Made by a program: the position numbers and the translations under genes
In this document: one piece after another, positions 22,718 to 34,700 of the stretch
Numbering within the stretch: the stretch's first letter is position 1
How the letters are laid out: each line of letters opens with the position of its first letter
Notes under the pieces: model-generated
What the model was told of the DNA's origin: nothing
Database searches by the model: none
Seen by the model: the letters and a program-made list of their open reading frames with translations, nothing else
Assembly (NCBI GenBank): GCA_046563655.1
Contig: CM102290.1
Span: 2,728,001 to 2,792,000, forward strand
Reading direction: 5' to 3'
Length of the DNA: 64,000 nt
DNA from: Yuukianura sp. NJ FZ-2021
Taxonomy: Eukaryota

Positions 22718-25700
22718 TCAATAGTCGGTTAGGTCGAGCTCTTGGACTGCTGCATTGATGTGCTCGAATTCAGGGTCAGCGGGAGTGAGAGCGGGATGCT
22801 GATAGGATATGAGAAAGTGACATGTTCCAGGGTCACTCTCTGGAAATCCTGGAGGCAGACAAGACTTTTCTCGAGCTTCAAAAGTGAATCCAGGACTTTC
22901 GATAAGAATTCTGGAACCAAAAGGAATGAAGGTTATATGTTTAGCTCAAGGCGGTAAGATAAATTCTAATATCCAAGAATAACAAAAAACGTTTTTTCTT
23001 ATTAACAATACGGCGACAATCGTTTTTCATTGTTGTTTTTGAATTTTGTAGGAAATTGAGTTCACCTGTGCGTTGTTGGACTAACGTTGATTTTCAGCGG
23101 TTCACTTCCTGACTCAAACTTGTTGGCCAAGGTCACATTGTTACCGAAGAGGCAGTAGCGTGGCATTTTGACCCCAACTACTCCAGCTAGAACAGATCCA
23201 GTATGGAGTCCAATTCGCATCTGTTGGACAAAGTTTCGAGACAAAGATGTAGTAAGAGTGGTGTTAAGTGGGCTTACATAAGGGTGAAAGCACTTAATGT
23301 GTCTCCACAATTGACATTGTAAGGTGTAGTAATTGGATGTCGTACATTAATCGGTTGTCCATCATGAGTCCGATGTTTTCCACATGTTCTCATCATCTTA
23401 ATCGCCATCCAAGCAATTTGCTGGGCATGTGTCACGCTCACACGATGTAATCCACCAGCAACACAGTATGCGTCGCCAATCGTTTCCACCTTGAAGAGCA
23501 CATAAAACAGTCCTTTACTTTTAGTGATATAAATTACACTTTCAAGTGCACCAGCAGCGCTTTCACTTTCTCACGCTCAGTTCAAAAAAAGTTTTTAAAA
23601 AAAAAACTCCCTGTTATATTTCATGACAAAAGAACTTTTTAGTAACAATTTTGTTTCTGTTCATGTTAAGAAGTTACATTACTTTTTAGTCTAAATTTTT
23701 TAGAACATCTTTGACCGACCGTAGTACGCTACTTTGAAAAAAAGTTGCACATGCACTGAACTTTCACTTGTGAATATTTTCTGTGTTATTTTGTTCTTTT
23801 AGCGTCTAATTTGCGTTGTACAACCTGTATAATAGTGACGTACTTTTTTCATCCTCTAACTTAATCCTCTAAAGAGCTATCTATGGTCAGTGACCTTTGT
23901 TTGTTGTAATTTTATGGGATTGTTTATTCGTGAATGAGAACATAAACATGGATTATGGTTGGCAGCGTCCGCTGTGCCTCCTTTTCGCGACCTGGGAGTC
24001 AGTACTTTCCATTTGATAAAATTGGATTAATAATTTATTACTGTACTTGTTCGGTACTGCTACTGCTCTACTTCCATTAGGAAGTTTCCAAATGGTGAAA
24101 AGTAGGAGGAAATACTTTTGCATTATTCCCGGCCACTACTCACACTGCCAACAGTGCTGAGGCCTACACCTTCTCACAGATTAACTGCCGCCATTTTACT
24201 TTTTTTGGTGTTGGACCGTGGGAGTGTTGAGACGCGAATTGAATTTGGAATGACCTGTATATTATTCTTTGGAACTTTTTGTTCTTCACCAGTATCAAAC
24301 TCATATCCGTCCAAAAACTCATTTTCTTTCTTTCGTGTTCCAACTTTCATTAGGTCCTGGGCAAGATGAATTGACATGCTTTATTTTCAAAGTCACAGCG
24401 AAGTTGGATCCACCCAAAGTCCTGGAGGAAGATTAATAGTAAGTTGGCAGCATCAAAGCAGATCATCAGTGGTAGAATTATGGTTTGAGCTACATTGGAT
24501 TTGACTTTGTGACTTTTTCTGTTCCTTTGTCATCATCAACTTTTAAGTCGTCGTGACATATGGTGACCATGAAAGTGAAATGATAAAGGTATTACTATGC
24601 ATCTTCCTGCTCCACCGCTAAGCGATGGTGCGGCGCTGTCCGTTGGTGGGAAGTGGGACCATGGAGGCTACTCAAAGGCTTATCCTTTGCAGATTACTCT
24701 TGGTTAGGTTAGTGGTTCCTGAGATGTATTAACGTAGCTGAAGCTTAGCGGGACTTATCGACAGCAGAAGAAAGTAAAAGTGGAGAAAGGCATTGGATTT
24801 TGGGCTTGTTTTCTCTTTCATCTTCTCTTCCGTTTCTTTTCTACAGAACAGAAAAGAAAGGGGAGCTCATTTCACTGAGGACAGGTGAAAGTTCTGCTGT
24901 CGGTTCAAAAGCTTCAAAACACAGACAGAATAGGCCCAAAGCCCAAGAAAACTTTTCTGGCCAACAGCTAGCCTAACGTAGTGGAAATTGTTGTTTGATG
25001 TCCTTAAACTTCAAACTGACGGAGAGTAACGACGGAGGTCAGGTCAATCCTTTTAAAAACACCTTCCGCTTCGTAGAAGATTAGTTGGATGTCACCTCAC
25101 AGACAAGGTTGTTTTTTTTACAAATAAATCTGGTTATGTTATGTTAGTTAACCTATGTGTCAAATTCAGATAAACCACGGCGACCAACAGTCTTTTTCGC
25201 CTGTCCAAAATTATGACTAAAAACGGATCCTCCTCCAGGAAATGTAAACATTTTTACAGAAATCAATTTTTGAAATGGTCCGGAGGAAGTAACTAGGATG
25301 GTCGGAGGCAAGGTTCCTTGAGAACGAAAAATAAATTTTCTTGAACAGGTTGAGTTAAAGAAACTCAAAGTTAATACACTGTGGTCGGGGGTAAAAAAAA
25401 AACGGATTCATTTGGAGAAAGTTTATTTTATTTAAAAAAAAAAGTGAAAGCCTTTGATGGTTGTAGAATTTGAAGTTACACGTTCTGTTTCGTTTCAATC
25501 AGTTTTCAAATCAAAGTCAAGATTACGCAGGACTTAATCCGACACGGTTTTCCAAGTTGGAATTCGGTTCGAAGCAGATGAAATTGATGGAATCGGAAGA
25601 AATTGGATGAATTAAATCCATTTCCAACAAAAATTCAAATCCAACGCCAGAGGAAACCGTGTGGAAAGTAAACCAGTTTTCTATCATCATGGATTCATCA

Positions 25701-28700
25701 GTGATAGTGGTTCTGGAAAGCCTTGCCAATTTTTTTAAAGCACAATAGAAATCTACTAGGCCTTAACCGAGCTGCGAGTCTGGACCCCTCCAGCCTAATT
25801 GAATTTACAAGCAAAGGCACAAATTGGGAAGTAGCGAGATTCCATTGAGATAAGCGTAGATTCACCGTCATCACTGCGGTGTCTGCCCTTTCACTATACT
25901 TTCTTCCTTCCGATGCCAATTCAAATTCAACTGTTTTAGAACGTGAAAAACGTGGCTAGAATGCAACTACCATCGCACATCAATTTTTTGTGTGAAAACT
26001 CTCACCAATTTAGTACAAAAATGAACTTGAAACTTTCACCTGCCAAATTTAGCTCAACAGTTTTTTTGAACGTTTCTTCAAAGTTTTGTGCTGATGAAAT
26101 TGTTGTTGACTCAAAGTTATAGTGATGGATTCCCTATTCAACATTCCGTGGGCAGCCGACAAAAATAAGTTACCCATCTAAATTCCTTTTCCAACTTTCT
26201 CCCGAACTTCTTGGTCCTATTTTGTGAAATTCGGTTTTAGGACAGAAAATGTCGGGAGTTGTCAAGATGTCATTTCATTTTATGAACTTCAGCTGCATCT
26301 CGCACTACCCACCCCAAGATCATTTCATCCTCCCCTTTTTCTTACTTACTTACGTAGGTTATGCTATGGCAAGAACTCAATAAGTTGGAAATGGAAACCA
26401 ATAAACTCGAATTTCCAACATTTCTTCCAGTGTGGCTCTCCAGCCATTTCTCCATTGTTCAGGTCCCATTTTCCAAAGATGTCTGGCATAATATCTGATG
26501 TTGAGGAGGCAAGTTTTCCCTATGCTAGCTTGTAGAATGCGGGCATGCAGTGAACTCATCACTGCAAGCCCGCGAAAACCCATTGACTACAGCACGGTCT
26601 CAAAAGGCGCGGGATGACTTCAATTCCGAATGTATGTATTGGGACAGTGGAAGTGACATGGACCTACATAAAATGCACTCACACAAGTTTTTGAAATGAT
26701 CAAGTCTATGTCGCCATGTCACCCAAAAGAGAGCCCTTTAAGTCTCGCGTGTCATGGGAATGACAATGGAACAAAATAAACCAACTTCAATGTGCTTCCA
26801 GGATGGAGTAAATGTCGGAGCGCCGCTGGTGACAATGTCGCCTATTGTGTTACCATCTGATTACATCCGACCGAAAAGAGACAATTCACCAAGGTTCGTT
26901 GACTTTGATTTTTTTTTTGACAGGTTGGGTAATACCTCATGTTTTTTTTTGATTTTGCAAAAAAAAGAGTAATCTTTCATTCCCAAGGCATCGCAGTCAA
27001 AACAATACAGCTGATTTTTTTAAATTTTGCATACTAATTGGTACCATTTTTTGGTTGGTACTAAAATTGGTACCAATTTTTGCTTTGTTTTTTTTTGGCA
27101 ACAAACGAGGTATAGTACCCAACCTGTTAAAGAAAATTCGCTTTTCGTTCTTAAGGAACCTTGCACTTCAGCTTCTCTGCCTTGACATAACATTCGAGTG
27201 TCTTAGGATTGCGTGACACAGCGAAAATTTTTTGAGACTAGAATTTCCTAATTTTTATACAAAAGTCAAAAATGTCTAAAAAGTTTGTGAGGGAATTTTA
27301 CACTTCTTTTGTATGAAAGTTAACTTCCACCTGACTTCTTTTTGTTAAAAGTTAAAAAATCAAAATTTAGCTTTTTTTAAAAATAATTTTTCTTTGTATA
27401 GTGCTGTGCTTACCTTATAGACATCCAATTGGCCACAATATTCATCAAATTGGGTGTACAAGTTTTGTAGCATTGTGACAACCATCATGGGCGTGGCAGT
27501 GGAACAGATTGAAGTGAATCCAACAATGTCGCTGAATAGCATGGTCACGTTCTCATGCATTTTGGCCTCGATAGTTTCACCTGTCAAGGAAAGAATATGG
27601 GACATTAGGTTTTACATGCACCGTGAAATTCACTTAAATTTTTGGAATTCTGGCGTGCTCTTTTGACTTCCATCGCTTCATCTTTTGCTACTTCAGCATC
27701 CCTCTTCCATTCAATTGGACTTGATTTACATGGATTTGATCTTGTTAGGGTAGTGAAAGTGTCTCACCCAACCAAAGTCGCTTGGCAATGTCCTTTGGGA
27801 AGATCAGATGAAGCAGAGACACGTTCTTTTCACGCTCACGGCCTACGGCCTTTGACGCCTCTTCAATTGACGTTCGGAGCTTGTCCATTCGCCGCTTTAA
27901 ACCGTCCTACAAACGACACAAACCGAGGTGTTATGAAACTTTTGAAGAAAGAAAAATGACAAATGAAAAAGTTATTCTATAGAATAATAGCTTCGCTATA
28001 TTATATAAACGACCGACGATTGTTACGTGAAAGAATTTTTTTCCATGGTCCACATTTTATACGTGTTCGCTCTTATTTCTAAGACAAAATTTTTTCCAAT
28101 ATTGAACACCAAAGAATAGCTTTTAACGGAGAAGTTTCGATCGAAAAGAAAACTGTGAGTAGTTCTTGGTTCTTAAAAGTTTTTTGAAAGTTAAAGTATC
28201 TTCAAAAAATCTTGAAATTTTGGAATTCCATTCTCAATTTCACTGGAAAAAAGAGGGGGAAAGGCATATTGTAATTTGGGTGCACTTTGGAAGGCAGTGA
28301 AGCGCAGAAGGAAGATGAAGGAAAACGATTTCTTCCGACCTGTCGAACTTTAAGGCCAACCGAACCCGCCCATAAGAAATTCCGCTTCATCAATTTCTCT
28401 CATTATTTTCATCCTGCTGGAAGTTGAGTCTAGCCTAACCTGAACAAAAAGGTTTCCTTTTGAACAAGAACTTTGGTTGCTTAGGTTCAAGAAGCCTCTC
28501 TTACCTTCAATTACAGCCTCACATCCTTCATATTCCTTCAAATTTAAACTAAACTTTTTTTTCCAATAACTTTTTCACATACGGAAAAAAATATTTGTTG
28601 GAATTTGTTGAAATAGCCAAAGTTTGGAACGCAGAAGTCACTGAACTTCTCTACTTTTCAAACGTCGTTTCGCCTGACATTGAGAAATGTCAAAAAACGA

Positions 28701-31700
28701 CCAGCGTTTCCTAGTCTCCTCGACGCACTCGAGTATTAACCTTGCTCTCAAATTGTAGAACCAGAAAACACTGGAATCTAGGAAAGTTGGGATTTTCTAA
28801 CAGTAGCTCGTAGGTTCTAATCCATGCAGAACTTGTCTCTAGGGTCAAACTACAGACATGGTTGACTTGACGCTTCGGAAGGTCGTTACTCGTACTTTGA
28901 GTGGAGGTTAGGTTAGGAGTCTTGCTGGAATTGTTAGAACGTGGCAGGATGAATTCCAATTTATTAGACTTCTAGTCCTGCCGTCTCTAAGTGGTGACCA
29001 ACAGTCCAGGTCAAATGAAGGTGGATACCTGCTCTACGTTTCCTGGATTCTAGCAAATCCCTTAACCCTATTTTCTCATATATCCGAATCGGAAATTGGA
29101 CTCTAATGGCCCGAGAAGACAAATATTCGGTTCAGCAGAGGTAAAAAGATAGAAGAAAGTCTCTTGGGACTTCCAAAGGTAGATTTCGGATTCTGAGGAA
29201 TAGGGAAAACCCGATTTCCATGGAATTCGTCTTGTTCCCAGGTATTCTCTCACTTTGACTTTGAATTACCAAGGCCTCCTACGATTTCTCCCTCAGGAAC
29301 CGGAAATCGAATGGATTCTAAGGATTCAAAGGGATCCGAATTCCGAATTCACTCAAAATCCTCTCTTCTTTTCATTGTCAAGTCCTTTGTTGTACTTTGA
29401 AATGCTCGTGTAACGTTATTCAGCTGCTCATTAGGAACGGTTGAAACGAACAAAACAATAGGCGTATTTTGGTATTCAGTGTTTGAGGATAAAGGAAAGC
29501 TTGCTGGATGAGATCTACTATTTATTTGAAAATAATGTGAAACTGATGAGGCTGAATTTACAATAGTAACAAGCTTTTCATGGAGAGTTGTGTTGGGAAA
29601 CAAGGAGAAAGCGCGCTTTCTCCAATTATGCAATTCTCTAAAAAAAAATAATAACAAAAGTAACAAAATTTGATCTGTTTCATTTGATTTGCGATTTTAT
29701 TGTTCGGTGTTGTTCAAAAATTTTTTAAAATGTCTTATTTAGCTGGTTGTTTTAACATTGAGTTAACTTTAGCCGCTTTTTTTTGGAGAAAATGAGTACA
29801 TCAACATACAAAGGAGTGTTGATTTTTTTTGGATGGTGAAGCAACGCTATTGTTTCAATTTTTTTTTATGAATCATCAAACGTTTTCTTAACAAAATTTA
29901 CAAACAAAAAATTATGCGTTTGAATTATATTAGTTTTTTTTATACGGTGAGCCGAGAAAAGTCTTCTTTTTTTATCTACCGTTTTCGTTTTCAAAGTTTT
30001 ACCTATTAGCGCCTGAATCTATGAAAAGCTTTCACAAAATTCAAAACTTATTTAAATTGTCGAGAAAAAGACAACAAACTTTAAAAGAATTCAATTTGCA
30101 TTGGCTTATAAAATTTGAATTTACAAAATATGAAAGGGAAAGAAAGAATGGATGCGTGAAATGAAGGAAAAACCTCATATGAGCTGGTAAAACAATGTGT
30201 GGGGCTGGTAGCGGGTATTTATTTGAATTTTTCTGAAAGCGCGAATTCTTGAGTCATGTAAAAAGTCGACACTATGTAAATCGTAACATTTCAGACCGAG
30301 TGCTCGAAAGTTAATAATTTGAAGTTAAAAAGACGGCTCCTTCTCTCAGTTACAAATTTCCGTCTAAATTAGTCAAAGTTAGTTGTGGAGTGAAAGTGCC
30401 TTTCAAATAATTGTCCCTTGCCGCCTTTCGTGCGTGTCCTTTAGCACTTTCTTCGTCGACAAAGTAAAGCAGGAGTAAACTTGAAATTCATGAGAAAACT
30501 TTTCAGAGCAGTTTAATACACTCCTGGCCCGAGAGGACTGAATTGATAAAGTTTTTGATGCTGACTGAGGGAGTTAGGTTCTTAGGTAGGACAGGCTGGG
30601 TGAAGGGAGTAACTAAAAACATAGTCAGCATATTCAAATTTGTCTAGGGGAATTTTGTGCCTGCTGTAGGTACTAACTACTTGAAACTACGAGAAGCGAC
30701 AAATCCATAAAAGTCAAAGTTTAATTATGACAAATCATGACTCGGAGCAACAGGATGGAATAATGACATGGGACTTGAGCCTTCGCTTGGACCAACTCCC
30801 ATGTCGTCGTCCAGAAAAACTTATTCAACACTTTTGAATTTTGCCCAGTAGCAACTGAAACCTAACTTTATACGACGAAAAAGTAACTTTTTCTGAAATA
30901 TTATTCAACTTTATCCTCCCTGACGATTTGAAACTTTTTAAGATGTAACTAGAATGCCTGATCTGCAAAACTTTCTCCACCTCCAGTGCTGCTGATCTCT
31001 TTTCCTGTGGGGTTTAGTTATGTGTTAGGATTAGGTTAGGCTAACTTGCGATTTAGCTAGTTAGGTTTTGACAAAATTTGGAACGTTCTAGTAGGAGAAA
31101 GTCACCTTTGAAGAGATTTTTAGCAAAGAACAATGGTTAGCCCTAGTTTTTATGTTAGGTACTTAAGGTTAAGTCTGTGAAATGACCTCAAACCCAATGT
31201 GGAATTGAGAATCCAGATAACGTGCGGTTTCTTTCTTTTTAGAATAAAACTTTTGTTTGAGAAAATGGAATGCGCCTGCGCAGAAACCAAATTCTACCGC
31301 CGCGGTCATCTCGCGTTGTTCCCTCAAAAGATTAGCGTGCATTGTCTCTTGTTTCTTTTGGACTCCGAATGCCCCGAAGATGTTCTGTCTCAAATAAAAA
31401 GTGAAGTCGTCAAGAGGGAATCCAAATGGAACGAATTTCATTTCTTATTCAGGTAATTTCCAGGATACCGTAAACCTTCCCAAGTAAACCCCGCTTTCAC
31501 CTCTTCCCATTTTCTCTAATCCAAACGTCTTGAGTCTTTACGGTATTCTTGTGTCTGCTTTCTTTACCCTAGTTTTGTGGGCTACACACTAACTAACGTC
31601 GGAGAGGTTAACGACTGGTGGTAGTACACAATTTGTAGCCCTGCATAATTCAGTCTCTCCTGCTCGTTACTTTCTACACAATTGGAGAAAGTGGCAGTAA

Positions 31701-34700
31701 GAACAAAGGCATTACACCGCTTGAATCTCCTACAGTTGAATCCCTTAAGCGACTAATAAACTCCTAGTATTTGAACAACATAAAACTTTTCAAGCTAATT
31801 TCTAAACAAGTGGAGAAGACACTTCCACTTCTGCCAGCATTTGTCGCAACTTTCACTTTTCGTTATTATTAGTTTCGCAGAAACTTTTTTTTGTGCAAGT
31901 TCTTTTTTAAAAAAAAACTCCAAAAAAATGCTTGAATTACACACTTCAAAAATAAAGAGGTTCAAGCGCCTAAAAAGCCTTGGGAAGCCTAAAAAAAATT
32001 AGGAAACCTAATACACTTGACTTTCTTTTCAAGAATTTTTGAAAATTGAGATTCAAAATTTAAGAGCACCGAAATTTAATAAACCACTTCAATGTTTACT
32101 TTAGCACTTTTTTGGTTACTAAAGTGGTTGAGAAAGTCATAGTAGTATTTGATAGAGTCACTGCAGTGAGTGCCTGGAGATTAAGGAAGAATGAACCATG
32201 AAATTAGATTGAAGATGGCAAAGTTTAAGCAGCGGGAAAAGAAAGCACACGAAAGCTGCAAACGGTTTCTGGAGTGTCAAAAGTCAAAGAAAAAATGGAG
32301 CAGAGGATTTTCTTCTTGGATCGTCTGATTCAAATCTCCGTCCTTTTGAAATCTACTCCCGCCAGCGTCTCCAGAAGCTATTCTAACCTAACTAAAACTC
32401 CCTCCAGTCGTCGATCATAGCCAACCTGATTTAAGGTCTACCCAAAAGACATTTCCATTGTCTTCGGAACTTTCTCCTGAAGGGAACAATGGGACACACA
32501 CCGTGAGATTTCGTCATGAATTGAAGACGCCAGTTAGAACTTTCTTATGTTCTCAGAAATCAGTACGGAAGAGAGATGACACGATTTTCCTGGACCGTTT
32601 CACTCATTGTCCAACAACCGTTTGGAACTGGCCCAAAACATGTTTTTCATCATTTCCTGCTCAAACGACTCCTGATTTTCACATTGCCAATTTTCTTTTA
32701 CAAATGAAACTGATGAAAATCGCATCAATAAATGTCTGCCAAACGGCTGACAGTTTAGGTCCGGTCCAATTCATCGTCTGTTTAATCGTGCCGCTCAGAA
32801 CAAAAAAAAATCGAAACTGGCTCCCAAACTTTCTCTTAGCATTCCAAACCTAACAAAATAGTCGATACACCGTTGAAAACTATGTTTCGACGGTTTTCTT
32901 TTTTGGTTTTTCAGTAGGATTTAGTTTAGAATCTTCTACACATCCTTTAATAATATTTTCTGACTCATGATCAGATCTGCCAAAAATATTTAGTTCCCAT
33001 GCCTGTAATGTTAACACAATCAATATTTCTGGTCCTCTTCTTACTAAATATTTATTTACCAATAGCCTTATTAATGTTAAGTTTGTAAATTTTCCGAGCA
33101 TTTTTGGTAAATATAGTATTTATCTAAATATTTGGCTTGTTTTGGTAAATATTTTTGGCAGGTTTGTTTATAATTTAAAATTGTCCAAAGAAAAAATATG
33201 TAACATGTTTTTATGATGCTAAATCAACTCACCTGAGCACGTGACTGTTCTCCAACCAGGATGACATCCCGTGTAGCATCGTGAATTGGAATGTCGGAGA
33301 TGTAGAGACCTCTGGTGGTAAGTCCTTCGAGGCCATCAATGAGCGGTGACCCCAGGAACAGCAAAGACTGAGACTCACAGCAGTCAATCATCTGACCTTT
33401 CAACTCCATGCCCTAAAATATCCAGAGGTCAAGATAGAACAAAGCACCATCAAAAATCTCCCCATCTTTATTGACAGTCCAATAATCTCGAGCCGAAGAA
33501 GGAAATAGTTACTCCCTCCATTCTCCTCCGCTTTTTGATTTAACGAGAAAGTGGAAAAGGGGAAATGGCCTCAAATAAAATCCCGCTTTATGACCCCTCC
33601 ATGTCATCCAAAGTCAAAATAGCGCCGAATTTGAAGTGGATCTTTAGCTATTGGGTAATAAACAACAGCAAATGGGATTGGAGAGCCTTCGTGTACAATT
33701 CATTCTTTTGATTAGAGGCCAACAAAGGGATTAATGCCCAACTCTGGTCCCATTGGAGGAGATTGAGAGAGAGTTGGAATCAAGGTTCCTTGACAACGAA
33801 AAGCTAATTTCATTTAACAGGTTGGGTACTACCACGCTTGTTGACAAAAAAAAACGAAAAATTAGCACCAATTTAGTACCAATCTGAAAAATTGGTATCA
33901 AATCGTATGAAAAATTTCAAAAAAAAAATCAGCGTTATTGTTATGACTACGATGCCCCGAAATGAAAAGATACTTTTTTTCTTGCAAAATCAGAAAAAAT
34001 GATGCATTGCCCAACCTGTTAAAGAAAATCAAGAGTCAACAAACCTTGGCTGGAATGTTGAGGCTGTGATCTTTGATGTTAAAAGGGCGGAAGTTTTAAA
34101 TCCAGCGGAAGTATATTGAAATGGGGGTACTTCTTCATGACAAAGGGCCATGGGGCATGCTTTCTCCTGATTAACTGCCGGGTTAAATCTTACCCAAAAA
34201 TTACTTTTTTCTTGGCGCAGAAGACAATGGAGGAGAGCAAGGCAGAGATGGGCTAAAAAAAGAAACAAAAAAAATGTGGGAGTTTTAAAAACAAACCTCA
34301 GCAAGTTGCTTGGCCCCATTATTCCTTGCCAAATGAACAAGACGCAGAAGGAATGGTGTGTTCAGTCGTTGGAAAATTGTGTCAAAGGAAATTTCATTTC
34401 CTAAATGAGGACGAACGAATTGAAAGAAGTGAGTGACTGGGATGGAACGGGCAGACCAACACGATCCCACCGATTGCTTCTGACTCAGTTGTTGTTGCTG
34501 ATGGACCAGAAAAGTCGGAGCAAATAATTTCAGGAGCGACGACCCCAGTTGAACAATGCGTAGGTCTTTGTCCAGAATGAAATGCCAAGGAAAGGCTTCA
34601 CTGAACATCTTTACAGACAGAGCAAGGTCCCTGGACACTTCGGTTTTCTTAGTCTGGACTTTCTTCCCGCCGACTTCCAAAACTTCCTTGGGCATCAGAC

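Noticed and set aside
24174..24377. ORF containing EFLDGYE resembling a cyclase tail
   Set aside because: Lies in an intron within the catalytic domain; the true last exon is 22910-22718 and the similarity is too short.
29349..29666. 105-aa minus-strand ORF as an extra sGC alpha exon
   Set aside because: Apparent splice phases (2/2) do not fit the phase-0 intron, and the flanking exons already join with conserved sequence.
31015..31070. TTAGG telomere-like motifs (also near 17493-17540)
   Set aside because: Only 2-3 degenerate units; common in this sequence and inside MITEs.
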